Source: a virus
Taxonomy: Duplodnaviria; Caudoviricetes
Direction: 5' to 3' (one strand)
IMG/VR virus record: IMGVR_UViG_3300032234_001062
Span: 13,060 to 77,059 of that record
DNA: 64,000 nt
Shown here: positions 21,657 to 30,807 of the stretch, in pieces
Layout of the letters: each line of letters begins with the position of its first letter
Position numbering within the stretch: position 1 is the stretch's first letter
Translations under genes and position numbers: made by a program
Notes under the pieces: model-generated
Told to the model about the DNA's origin: nothing
The model's input: only the letters and a program-made list of their open reading frames with translations
Databases searched by the model: none

Positions 21657-23465
21657 TTAAATACTCTCCACTATAAAATCTTCAACTAATAAATTTTTAA
21701 AATCATATACATTACTTTCATCGAATTTTAATAAAGTATCCCATTTATTAAAAAACGATAATTCCTCTAGGAGACCTTTAACATCTCCAATATTAAAATC
21801 AGTATCAATTATATTTGCTATTTCATCTACTAAATAATCCTTAAATTCATTTAAAATACTTACTACTAATTGGTCATCTAAAATTGACGAAACATCAAAT
21901 GTATCAACAGGTATATCTTCTTGAAAAGTTTCTAATATATATTGTATATGTGATGGACGTAAAAATTCTAAATATCTTTTAATTAAAATCTTTTTTTCTA
22001 AAGAAAAATTTTGAGGATCTTGAAAAACATTATCATTGATACTATTATTAAAAATAATTCTAATATAATTACTTTTATTATTTTTAAAGACATTAACATC
22101 ATAATTATTTGTTTTATCAATAATACCTGTTAAATCACTTTTACTTTTATATGATATGCTTCCATCAGAATTTAAAACTTTAATATAATTGCCAATCGAG
22201 TTATAATCATTACCTAGTAAATTATTATTTTTTCTAGGATCTAATCTAGGATAAGGAGGATTATCTATTAATGAACCATCAGTTGAATATGCATAAAATG
22301 TAGATAAAGATTCATCTTCTGAATTAATTTCTATTAAATTTCCATCATTATCGTACCAAAATTCTTGTAGTGTAGTAATATATCCTAAAGCGTTAAAAAA
22401 TAAATCATAAGTTAATTTAGTTCCTCTAATAGAAACAAGATCAAACATATTTGAGACTAATTCTCTAAAAGTTTCATTATTAGACCACTCATATTTAGTT
22501 CCTAATTGTGTAAAATCAATTCTTTCAAATCCAACATTTTGTGCTAACATTGAAATAAATTGACTTTTACCTTCCCTAAAATTAGAAATAATTTTTAAAT
22601 CTTCATTATAAGCATATAATATATCTAACATTTCCATTAAAGTATCAAATATACTTTTAGTAAATTGATTGTTTTTAATGTTATCTGCATCTATTTGTGG
22701 GAAAAAATAATCTAAATAATTATCTTTAAAAAAACTATCATGACATAAAAACTGTTTTGAAATATAAAATTTTTCATTATCATATTCATATATTATTTTT
22801 ATTATTCCACTACCTTCTTTGAGTGACATAACATCTATTGTTTTTAATGATGAATCAAAAGAATTAGGAATAATATAAAAATTACTTGGATCTAATGAAA
22901 ATACTTCTAAATTTGGATAATTAGTAATATTTACTTCACCTTCATCGCTAGTTACAGCAATAAAAGACATTTTAATTATTTGATCTTTTAGATAATTATT
23001 AAATTCATTTCTAACTATTCCTTTAACATAATTATCTTTAAATTGAATTGTTTGAAAAATAGAATCATCAAATTCTGGAAAAATTTTAACGCTAGAATAT
23101 TCATTTAGTGTTAATGATCTAATAATCATCTTATTATCTTCATTCATATATACGAATTCATGATTTACTGGAAAAGATGAATAATAAGAATCAGATGTTC
23201 TAATTGCTTGATTAATCATTAAGGCTAAGGAATCATTTCTTTGAGTTTCAATATTGTTTTTATATATACCAGTTGTTAATTCAACAGAAAAATATTCAGA
23301 TTGTAATAACATACTACCATTAGGTAAATTATTATTAGGATTTTTAGAATCTATTTTAAAATATAAAGTTTTATTTGAATTATCAATTATAACTTCATCT
23401 AAAGATAAAATTGATGTTAAACTAACTTCAGGTTGATGATCAATTCTTAAATTTAATATTTTCAT
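21657..23465 (-). CDS. Baseplate wedge protein (T4 gp7 / P2 gpI-like)
   Basis: 602 aa. LAQNVGF...RELV...SIRGT..YDLFFNALG and FLRPSH motifs; follows the gp6-like gene. Confidence 0.7.
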   Translation of the reverse strand: MKILNLRIDHQPEVSLTSILSLDEVIIDNSNKTLYFKIDSKNPNNNLPNGSMLLQSEYFSVELTTGIYKNNIETQRNDSLALMINQAIRTSDSYYSSFPVNHEFVYMNEDNKMIIRSLTLNEYSSVKIFPEFDDSIFQTIQFKDNYVKGIVRNEFNNYLKDQIIKMSFIAVTSDEGEVNITNYPNLEVFSLDPSNFYIIPNSFDSSLKTIDVMSLKEGSGIIKIIYEYDNEKFYISKQFLCHDSFFKDNYLDYFFPQIDADNIKNNQFTKSIFDTLMEMLDILYAYNEDLKIISNFREGKSQFISMLAQNVGFERIDFTQLGTKYEWSNNETFRELVSNMFDLVSIRGTKLTYDLFFNALGYITTLQEFWYDNDGNLIEINSEDESLSTFYAYSTDGSLIDNPPYPRLDPRKNNNLLGNDYNSIGNYIKVLNSDGSISYKSKSDLTGIIDKTNNYDVNVFKNNKSNYIRIIFNNSINDNVFQDPQNFSLEKKILIKRYLEFLRPSHIQYILETFQEDIPVDTFDVSSILDDQLVVSILNEFKDYLVDEIANIIDTDFNIGDVKGLLEELSFFNKWDTLLKFDESNVYDFKNLLVEDFIVESI

Positions 23466-26347
23466 CCAATTTTTACTCGTAATTTATATGAATCACTTAA
23501 ACCTGTTATCTGAGTATATGTAGTTTCAAATTCTCTGATTCTATCTATAAAAGATTGAGAGAAAATAAAATAATATTTATTTTCATCTGCATCAGTTAAA
23601 TCTGATGTTGGTAATAATATTTCTATTGAATCAACAGAAGGTAATCTAATTTTATTATTTAAAAATGATTTTAAAAGTTGTAATTTAAAACCAGTTCCAA
23701 TTGAAATATCTGCTATCATATTATTATAAGAAAAATTATTATAAATAACACTTAAAGTGTCTTGAATAGCTTCTTCACGAGAATATCCTTTAGTTGGTGT
23801 AATTGCAATTTCTAATAAAAATGGATTAAATTTAACTTTCTTTAATAATGGCTCAATACCTATCATTTTTTTATCTGTATCTTTTAATTTTAATAAAAAT
23901 TGATAAGCCTCACTTTCAGGGAAATAAGGATTAGGAGTTTCTGTTAATGTAATAAAATTATAAGTTTTATTTCTATAAGTAACTCTAAATTTAGTAAATG
24001 TATTATATAAATCAGTTATTCCATCTTCATCTTTTGGAAAAGAATAAGGAGATACTAAATTAGAATCATATAACTTCATTGTTATTTTTCCAAGTGTATA
24101 ATCATAATTACAAGCATTAGTGTTTTGATCATCAAAAACAGATCTATTAGTAGCTGAACCATATGTTAAAGTAGATGTACTTATTGAACTAAAAGTTAAT
24201 ATATCTACAGTTATTTCATTATTAATTGCTTCTATTGTTAAATCAGAATTTTCTGTAACTAAAATTGGTAAATTATTTTCATCTACTAATGTAATAACTA
24301 TTATAGGTCCAGTAGCTGAATTAGGATTTTCCCAATTTGAAACTAAATTTGTAAATTCCTTAGAAACATTAAGGTTTTCTTTATTAAATTTAAGAGTAAT
24401 TTGATGAGAATCGAAATCATAATAAGAATTTTCTAAAAAAACTTTTCTATTTTGAGGTGAAGCATCAACTTTCTCTGGATATATTGGTAATGTAGCTAAA
24501 ATAGAATCATTAGAGAAATTGAAAATTTGTACGTCTGAAATACTACCTGTTGATAATGATCTAATTACTAATTTTTTATCATCATTAATATAAGCAAAAG
24601 GTTTAGTAGAATCAAAACTAGAATAATATGTACTAACACTTCTAATTTTATCATTTATTTCATTTGCTAATTCTGTTGCTTTATCGTTTGAATCAACATT
24701 ATATTGATTAGGATCAATAGCAACTCTAAAACAATTAACTCCATCACTTGAAGTATAATTTCCAGTACCAGATGTTTCAGAACTATCAATTAAAAAATAT
24801 AGAAACTGACTACCTAAATTAATTCCTATTGAACCTATTGCATTTTGAGATACAATTGATGCATTTGTGGATGCTAAATCAGGTAAATTAAATGATCCAC
24901 TATAATTACTACCCCAAATTAAACGATCAACCTCTTTACCTCTAGAATCATATGCTGAAACATATAAACTACCATTAAGAGGTGGTTTATATGGTAAAGG
25001 AAAAGAAAAATCATTAACATTAAAGAAACTAATTAGAATATCACTTTCTGTTCCATCGTGAATACCCTGTAAATTTAAAAAATCATTTAATTGTAATTCA
25101 AATGTTTCTTTATAAGTAATATATGTATCAGCATCTTCAGGTGTTGGAAAAACAAAATTATTAAAATTTCTAATAGGAGCAATATAATTATGATAATGTA
25201 ATATTGGAACGTTTACTCCATTATATTTAGGACTTTTTACTAAATGTTTTACAGTAGATAAATTTAAAGCATTTAAAGCATCTAAATCATCAACTATTGA
25301 TTTACCTCTATTAATTCGATAAGGAGCATAAAATTGAGCTAAATTTATATCTTCTCTATCAGCTCCACCACCACCTGCTAATAAATTATAAAAAGATACG
25401 CTAATATTAGTAAAATTATCAATTGGTAGTACTATGGCTTGATTAATTCCCCTTCTAGTAATATTACTTAATATTCCTCCACCAGTTCTATAAATAATAG
25501 TTAAATTAGAAGGAGTGCTTGGAAAAGATCCTCCAAATTCACGAGATCCAAAAATTATTTTAGCTCCACCATTAGTATCATATTTAATAATATAATGAGG
25601 AACTCCTCCCATTTCTGCAGTAAATGGTCCTTTTAAAACTGGATTAACGACAAAACTATTTGTTTCAATTAATTCAATTTCGTTAATAGTATTATATTCA
25701 TAATATATTCTAATTGAATTTTCAATTATATCACTATTATTGAGATTATAAATAAACTTTTCTGTTTGATTAATTGGATTTAAAGTTATATTTTCAGTCC
25801 TAGTCACTCCACTAAAAGCATTAACTTTTACAAAATTTCCAGGTGGAATAACTATTGGTGAACGATAATCTATTTTCGTTGTTAAATTACCATTATCATC
25901 ATATTCAAAATTATAAATTTCATAACTAGTTGATTCATTATTGATTGTAGTTGCATTTAAAGAAAAACCAGCATTTAAAAAAAATTCATTAGTAAAAGAT
26001 CCTCCATTAGTAGGAGCAATAGTAACCTCTACCATAGATGCTTCATTTTGTTTTAAATTCATTGAAAAATTACTAAGATAATTAATTACTGATGCTGGAT
26101 CTTTAGCTTCAGTAATAAATGTTTCACGTAAAATTCTATTAGCTGTTTCAGCATTTTTAGAAAATAAGTAACTAAATACATTAATAATAAAATAAGAGAA
26201 ATTATGAAATAATTCACCATCCCAAATTGAACTCCAATTAGGATCAGATTGAATCCTAGCGATTATTTCTTCAACTAAAGTATCCCTATCAAATTGAATT
26301 AAATCAGGACTCTTTATATATGATAAAGGTTTTAAATAATTAGACAT
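23462..26347 (-). CDS. Baseplate wedge subunit (T4 gp6 / baseplate J-like)
   Basis: 961 aa. FITEAKDPASV and GGGADREDINLAQFYAP motifs; adjacent to the gp25-like gene. Confidence 0.85.
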   Translation of the reverse strand: MSNYLKPLSYIKSPDLIQFDRDTLVEEIIARIQSDPNWSSIWDGELFHNFSYFIINVFSYLFSKNAETANRILRETFITEAKDPASVINYLSNFSMNLKQNEASMVEVTIAPTNGGSFTNEFFLNAGFSLNATTINNESTSYEIYNFEYDDNGNLTTKIDYRSPIVIPPGNFVKVNAFSGVTRTENITLNPINQTEKFIYNLNNSDIIENSIRIYYEYNTINEIELIETNSFVVNPVLKGPFTAEMGGVPHYIIKYDTNGGAKIIFGSREFGGSFPSTPSNLTIIYRTGGGILSNITRRGINQAIVLPIDNFTNISVSFYNLLAGGGGADREDINLAQFYAPYRINRGKSIVDDLDALNALNLSTVKHLVKSPKYNGVNVPILHYHNYIAPIRNFNNFVFPTPEDADTYITYKETFELQLNDFLNLQGIHDGTESDILISFFNVNDFSFPLPYKPPLNGSLYVSAYDSRGKEVDRLIWGSNYSGSFNLPDLASTNASIVSQNAIGSIGINLGSQFLYFLIDSSETSGTGNYTSSDGVNCFRVAIDPNQYNVDSNDKATELANEINDKIRSVSTYYSSFDSTKPFAYINDDKKLVIRSLSTGSISDVQIFNFSNDSILATLPIYPEKVDASPQNRKVFLENSYYDFDSHQITLKFNKENLNVSKEFTNLVSNWENPNSATGPIIVITLVDENNLPILVTENSDLTIEAINNEITVDILTFSSISTSTLTYGSATNRSVFDDQNTNACNYDYTLGKITMKLYDSNLVSPYSFPKDEDGITDLYNTFTKFRVTYRNKTYNFITLTETPNPYFPESEAYQFLLKLKDTDKKMIGIEPLLKKVKFNPFLLEIAITPTKGYSREEAIQDTLSVIYNNFSYNNMIADISIGTGFKLQLLKSFLNNKIRLPSVDSIEILLPTSDLTDADENKYYFIFSQSFIDRIREFETTYTQITGLSDSYKLRVKIG

Positions 26348-26350
26348 TAA

Positions 26351-26713
26351 TTAACTCTCATAAATTTTAAATATACTTATTTCTTCTAACGTATTTGTTT
26401 CAGTAACATAAATATTCATATTTATTATAATACCATTTTGTCCTGAATCAGTTCCTAATATTTCTATGGATATATCTTCAATTTCTAAATCTGGTTCATA
26501 AGTTTGAAATAAAAAAGTTATTTCATTTATTAAATCTTCTGCTGTAGTCTCATCTTCTGGTTCATGAAAAAAATCATCTATTAAACTACCATAATCAGGA
26601 TAACCTAAAATATCTCCACTCTTTGTAAATAGTAATCTTTCTATTCTTGCTCCAAGATAATCTTTATCAGCCACAATAGATGATTTTTTATCGTTTAAAA
26701 CTAATCCTTGCAT
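26351..26713 (-). CDS. Baseplate wedge subunit / sheath initiator (T4 gp25 / GPW-like)
   Basis: 120 aa. LLFTKSGD...PDYGS.I..F..EP...YEPDLEIEDI is the GPW_gp25 pattern. Confidence 0.85.
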   Translation of the reverse strand: MQGLVLNDKKSSIVADKDYLGARIERLLFTKSGDILGYPDYGSLIDDFFHEPEDETTAEDLINEITFLFQTYEPDLEIEDISIEILGTDSGQNGIIINMNIYVTETNTLEEISIFKIYES

Positions 26714-26727
26714 ATAATATATTTTTA
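26714..26727 (-). promoter_or_regulatory. TAAAAATA-T-ATTAT element abutting the ATG (candidate late promoter of the leftward baseplate operon)
   Basis: Minus strand TAAAAATATATTAT then ATG(26713), inside the ~200-bp AT-rich divergent intergenic region. Confidence 0.5.
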
Positions 26728-26912
26728 TTTTATTAATACCATTTATTTTTTTATTTTATCATAAATATTTATTTTTTTTATAATTTAACATTTAATAATA
26801 AAGAAAAATTAATTATTAAATTATTTTTTACCTTAATATTAAAACATAAAATTAAAAAGATATTTTTATGTTTTTTTAGAATTTTTTCAATAAAAACAAA
26901 TAAAATACTTAT

Positions 26913-29222
26913 ATGGCTGAAAAAAGTAAAAATCAAATATCTAGTGCTTTTAAAGAAATAAAGCAACGAATTGGAAAAAATGAAACTAATCCTGAAATTG
27001 TTGGATCTCCTGATTGGAAGGATTTTAAAGATGATTCTTTAATTCCTTTAACATCTATTTTTTCTGATTTAGAATCTACTTCTATTGGTAGAGACTTATC
27101 TAAACATCTCAATAATATAATTAATACATTTGAAAGAGATGATAGATATGAAAGATATTATTTAGCAATGAGAATGCCAGAAATTGACGGCGCTCTTGAT
27201 ATTTATGCTTCTGAGACAGCCACTCAGGATAGTCAAGGTAATATAATTAATGTTTTTTGTTCTTCATCAAAAGTTCAAAAAATAATCAATGATCTTTTCG
27301 ACAGAATTGGTATGGAAGATAAAGGTTTTGATATTATTAAAGGTATGTGTGCTTATGGTGATGAATTTTATGAAATAATTTATTCTAAAAATGGTAAAAG
27401 TATACATTCAATTAATATGATTCCAAGAGAATATGTTGGAAGATATGAGGAAAATGGTGTTTTAAAAAATTTCTTTATTAGAAAAAGTAAAAAAACTCGC
27501 GATAAAAGAGATTCATATTATTCTTTTGATTATGCTCAAATGAATAAAAGCGAACACGTTGAAATTGATCCATTTAGAATTTTACATTGGAGAATTAGTA
27601 ATAGTGATTTTGCTCCTTATGGTAAAAGTATTTTAGATTCAGTAATAACTCCGTTAGAGGAATTAAGATTAATGGAGCAAAGTTTACTATTAGCTAGGAT
27701 TTCTAGAGCTCCTGAACGTAGAATTTATTATGTTAATGTTGGACAAGCTCAAGGTGAAAAAGGAATTGCAATGGCCCGTGAGATTGTGAAAGGCCTTAAA
27801 AGAAAATCAATTTTAGATAGAGGTAATGGAAATAAATTAGATAATAACATTGATTTTTTTGGTGCTAGTGAAGATTTAGTAGTTCCTTTTAGAAAAGATG
27901 AAGAACGTAGTTCTATTGAAAGTCTACCACAATTAAATGATCCAGGACAATTACAAGATTTAGAATTTATTCGAGATAGAATTTTTCCTGGTTTAGGTAT
28001 TCCAAGACAGTACCTATTTGATGATACTTTCGCTAATGCTAATACTAATCTTTCTAATAAAAACATTCAATTTGCTAAAAGAATTCGTAGGATTCAAAAA
28101 TATTTCATTTATAATCTTTATAAAATAGCATATATTGAATTAAAATTAAAAAACGTTCCTAAAAAAGATTATGAAGATTTATTAATTACAATGAATAATC
28201 CAAGTAATGTTGATATTAGAGAAAAATTAGAAACTGAATCTAATAAATGGAATTTAATTTCATCTATTAAATCTATGAATAGTGAAAAAGTATTTTATAA
28301 CGATTTTCAAATCTATCAAGATGTTCTTGGAATGAATTATGACGAAATTTTAAAATTAATGATTCAAAATATTGCTCAAGAACAAGATCGTAATCCATTT
28401 GCTTTTGTTGAGGAAGATAAACGTCCAGCTGATTTCTTAATTGTAGATCAATTAAAAACAGAAGAAGGAGAAGAAGGTGGAGGTGGAGCTGAAGATACTG
28501 GCGAAATACCTCCTGAAGCTGAAGATGCATTCTCTGATATGGAACCAACAGAAACTCCAGAAGAAGAAACTACTCCTACAGAAACAGAAGAAACTCCACC
28601 TGAAGGTGAAATAGAAGAAGAACCTGTAGAGGGTGAAGAAACTCCAATTGAAGATCTTTCTGATCAAGGTGGAGAGGAAATAGGTGGATTATTCTCTAAA
28701 TCTGATGAAACTGAAGAAGATCTTTCTGATCAAGGTGGAGAGGAAATAGGTGGATTATTCTCTGAACCTAAGAAAAAACAAAAAGATCTTTCTGATCAAG
28801 GTGGAAGAGAAATAGGTGGATTATTCTCTGAGCCTAAGAAAAAACAAAAAGATCTTTCTGATCAAGGTGGAAGAGAAATAGGTGGATTATTCTCTGAACC
28901 TAAGAAAAAACAAAAAGATCTTTCTGATCAAGGAGCAAGAGAAATCGAAAGTATTTTTAGTTCATTTAATCCAAAAGATAAAAAGAAAAAACAAATTATT
29001 TTTGAAGAAGCATTAAATCGTGCTAAAAATTTTACTAAGAAAAAATTAGGTAAAATTGATGAAGAATTAGAAGTAAATGATGTTGAAATCTTTAAAAATG
29101 AAATTAAAAATAATCCAAAATATACTGTTCCGATTTATAGTGAAGATTTTTTAAGAATAAGTGCTGAATTTACTGGCATTGAAAAAATTCAAGAAAAACA
29201 AACTTATTTTGAAGAAAAATAA
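26913..29222 (+). CDS. Portal protein (T4 gp20-like) with an acidic, repetitive C-terminal extension
   Basis: 769 aa. EIDGALDIYASE, YGKSILD, LRLMEQSLLLARISRAPERRIYYVNVG and DLEFIRDRIF.GLGIP are gp20-family motifs. Confidence 0.93.
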   Translation: MAEKSKNQISSAFKEIKQRIGKNETNPEIVGSPDWKDFKDDSLIPLTSIFSDLESTSIGRDLSKHLNNIINTFERDDRYERYYLAMRMPEIDGALDIYASETATQDSQGNIINVFCSSSKVQKIINDLFDRIGMEDKGFDIIKGMCAYGDEFYEIIYSKNGKSIHSINMIPREYVGRYEENGVLKNFFIRKSKKTRDKRDSYYSFDYAQMNKSEHVEIDPFRILHWRISNSDFAPYGKSILDSVITPLEELRLMEQSLLLARISRAPERRIYYVNVGQAQGEKGIAMAREIVKGLKRKSILDRGNGNKLDNNIDFFGASEDLVVPFRKDEERSSIESLPQLNDPGQLQDLEFIRDRIFPGLGIPRQYLFDDTFANANTNLSNKNIQFAKRIRRIQKYFIYNLYKIAYIELKLKNVPKKDYEDLLITMNNPSNVDIREKLETESNKWNLISSIKSMNSEKVFYNDFQIYQDVLGMNYDEILKLMIQNIAQEQDRNPFAFVEEDKRPADFLIVDQLKTEEGEEGGGGAEDTGEIPPEAEDAFSDMEPTETPEEETTPTETEETPPEGEIEEEPVEGEETPIEDLSDQGGEEIGGLFSKSDETEEDLSDQGGEEIGGLFSEPKKKQKDLSDQGGREIGGLFSEPKKKQKDLSDQGGREIGGLFSEPKKKQKDLSDQGAREIESIFSSFNPKDKKKKQIIFEEALNRAKNFTKKKLGKIDEELEVNDVEIFKNEIKNNPKYTVPIYSEDFLRISAEFTGIEKIQEKQTYFEEK
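28653..28945 (+). repeat. In-frame tandem repeat, 66-bp unit x5 (last copy partial), encoding DLSDQGG(E/R)EIGGLFS(EPKKKQK)
   Basis: GATCTTTCTGATCAAGG starts at 28653, 28719, 28785, 28851 and 28917. Confidence 0.97.
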
Positions 29223-29269
29223 TAAAAATAATATTAAGTACATAAAAATAATATAAGGAGATTTAAAAA

Positions 29270-29614
29270 ATGAGAGATTTTTTAGAATATGTAGAAAAAA
29301 GCAAAGAGGATTCTACGAATTCGCTTGATTTTTACATGGAAGGATTTTTAAGTGATATATCTAAACTAGATGGGGTTGATCCTGAGAAAACTTTTATCAT
29401 TGGTTTTTTAGCAGGTAAAGGAATAAACATTAATAATAATCGTCAACAAATTATGAATTTACTTTCTAATGAAGAAATTCTTTCACCAACTGAAGCAATT
29501 TCTGCTATTAAAGATGATAATATGACTATTAAGGATTTAAGAACCGCTCTTTCTTCTTCATTAACTTCACTTAGAACAATTTTAAAAGAAGATAAAAAAG
29601 AAGAGATGGTTTAA
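29270..29614 (+). CDS. Hypothetical protein, possible internal head protein
   Basis: 114 aa, AAGGAG RBS, N-terminus MRDFLEYVE. Confidence 0.7.
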   Translation: MRDFLEYVEKSKEDSTNSLDFYMEGFLSDISKLDGVDPEKTFIIGFLAGKGININNNRQQIMNLLSNEEILSPTEAISAIKDDNMTIKDLRTALSSSLTSLRTILKEDKKEEMV

Positions 29615-30141
29615 ATTAATTCAGAATAATAGTCTTTGACTATTTCCTCTGGTATATGAAGGTCTGTAGGATTATTTCTTATATGTTCTATGGATCTTTT
29701 TATTTTTTGTTTTACAGCTTCAATATTATTTTTAATTTCATTTTCCCATATATAAATGATTGGAATATTATTAATTTTAGAAATCTTTCTTTTTAGAATA
29801 TCATTTCTGAGATTTTTCTTTTGTAATTTATTTAATTTATGACGTTTTTTAATTCCTTCAAAAAAATCAAGAGAATGAAAATAATCACCATGAACTTCTA
29901 ATAATAATCTCCACTGTAACTGTTCAATTCCCATCTTATATTCATATAAACAAAAATCATAAGATTTAATTTTATTTCGATGAGATAAACGATATTCTTG
30001 ATGAAAAGGAATGTTAATTGACACTAATATTTCTCTTATACTTTTTTCTGGTCCACTTTCTCGATGGGCACCATTTTTCCATTTAAAACTTTTTAAAATT
30101 TTTTTTGTTTTTTGCTTCTTACTGATTTTTTTTCTTTTCAT
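29611..30141 (-). CDS. PD-(D/E)XK endonuclease (DUF559/Vsr-like)
   Basis: 176 aa. SGPEK.I..IL....IPFHQEY...YDF...LEVHGDYFH...ND.LK......IPIIYIWE pattern. Confidence 0.75.
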   Translation of the reverse strand: MKRKKISKKQKTKKILKSFKWKNGAHRESGPEKSIREILVSINIPFHQEYRLSHRNKIKSYDFCLYEYKMGIEQLQWRLLLEVHGDYFHSLDFFEGIKKRHKLNKLQKKNLRNDILKRKISKINNIPIIYIWENEIKNNIEAVKQKIKRSIEHIRNNPTDLHIPEEIVKDYYSELI

Positions 30142-30193
30142 TCAATAAAATTAAATAAAACTTTTATTATTTTTAATCGAAAAAATAATAAGT

Positions 30194-30805
30194 ATGATAA
30201 AAAATAATTTATTAAGAACAGGTGGAATTTATCGTATCATTTATACAACTTGGAAAACTCAAGAAAGACCAATTTCTTTTATTCTTTACAGTGGACCTAG
30301 TAAAATTCACGCGCTTAATATTAATGCCAAAAACATGTCAATCCTAGATATAAGAAAATTCGTAACTTTTGTAAAAAGAATGAAAAATATTAGAGGAGTT
30401 GAAAAATATACTGGAAGAGTTTTATACTCTATCCTTAGAAAATATTTTCCTGATATAATAAGAAAAACTTATCGTACTTATTCTACATCTAATGTTCTTG
30501 GATTTTCACTTGTAAGTACTGGTATAGTACCTCCTCAATTTTATACAGATTATGAGAGAAGTTATTATAATAAATTTATTTATAATCAAGCACAATTCGA
30601 TACTCTTTTAAAAGTTTTTAATTTTGAATCTAAAACCAAATATACTCCGCCTTTAAAACCAACACTTTATAATCCACAACAAGAAATTAAAGTTAAGTTA
30701 GAAGATGAAAGAAAACCAATTATTGAAGATCAAAAAAGAGAATTAATTGTTCCATCTAATCAAGGAAAAGAAAACGATTTCTTCTCAATATATGATGAGG
30801 ATTAA
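30194..30805 (+). CDS. Possible DNA end-protector protein (T4 gp2-like)
   Basis: 203 aa. G.IY...Y..WK....P..F.L......HALN.N.......Y.IL.K......YRTY loosely resembles T4 gp2 (judged by eye). Confidence 0.4.
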   Translation: MIKNNLLRTGGIYRIIYTTWKTQERPISFILYSGPSKIHALNINAKNMSILDIRKFVTFVKRMKNIRGVEKYTGRVLYSILRKYFPDIIRKTYRTYSTSNVLGFSLVSTGIVPPQFYTDYERSYYNKFIYNQAQFDTLLKVFNFESKTKYTPPLKPTLYNPQQEIKVKLEDERKPIIEDQKRELIVPSNQGKENDFFSIYDED

Positions 30806-30807
30806 AA

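Noticed and set aside
28653-28945. Portal repeat as a mini-CRISPR array
   Set aside because: The unit is 66 bp, in frame, and the would-be spacers are nearly identical; no cas gene or leader.
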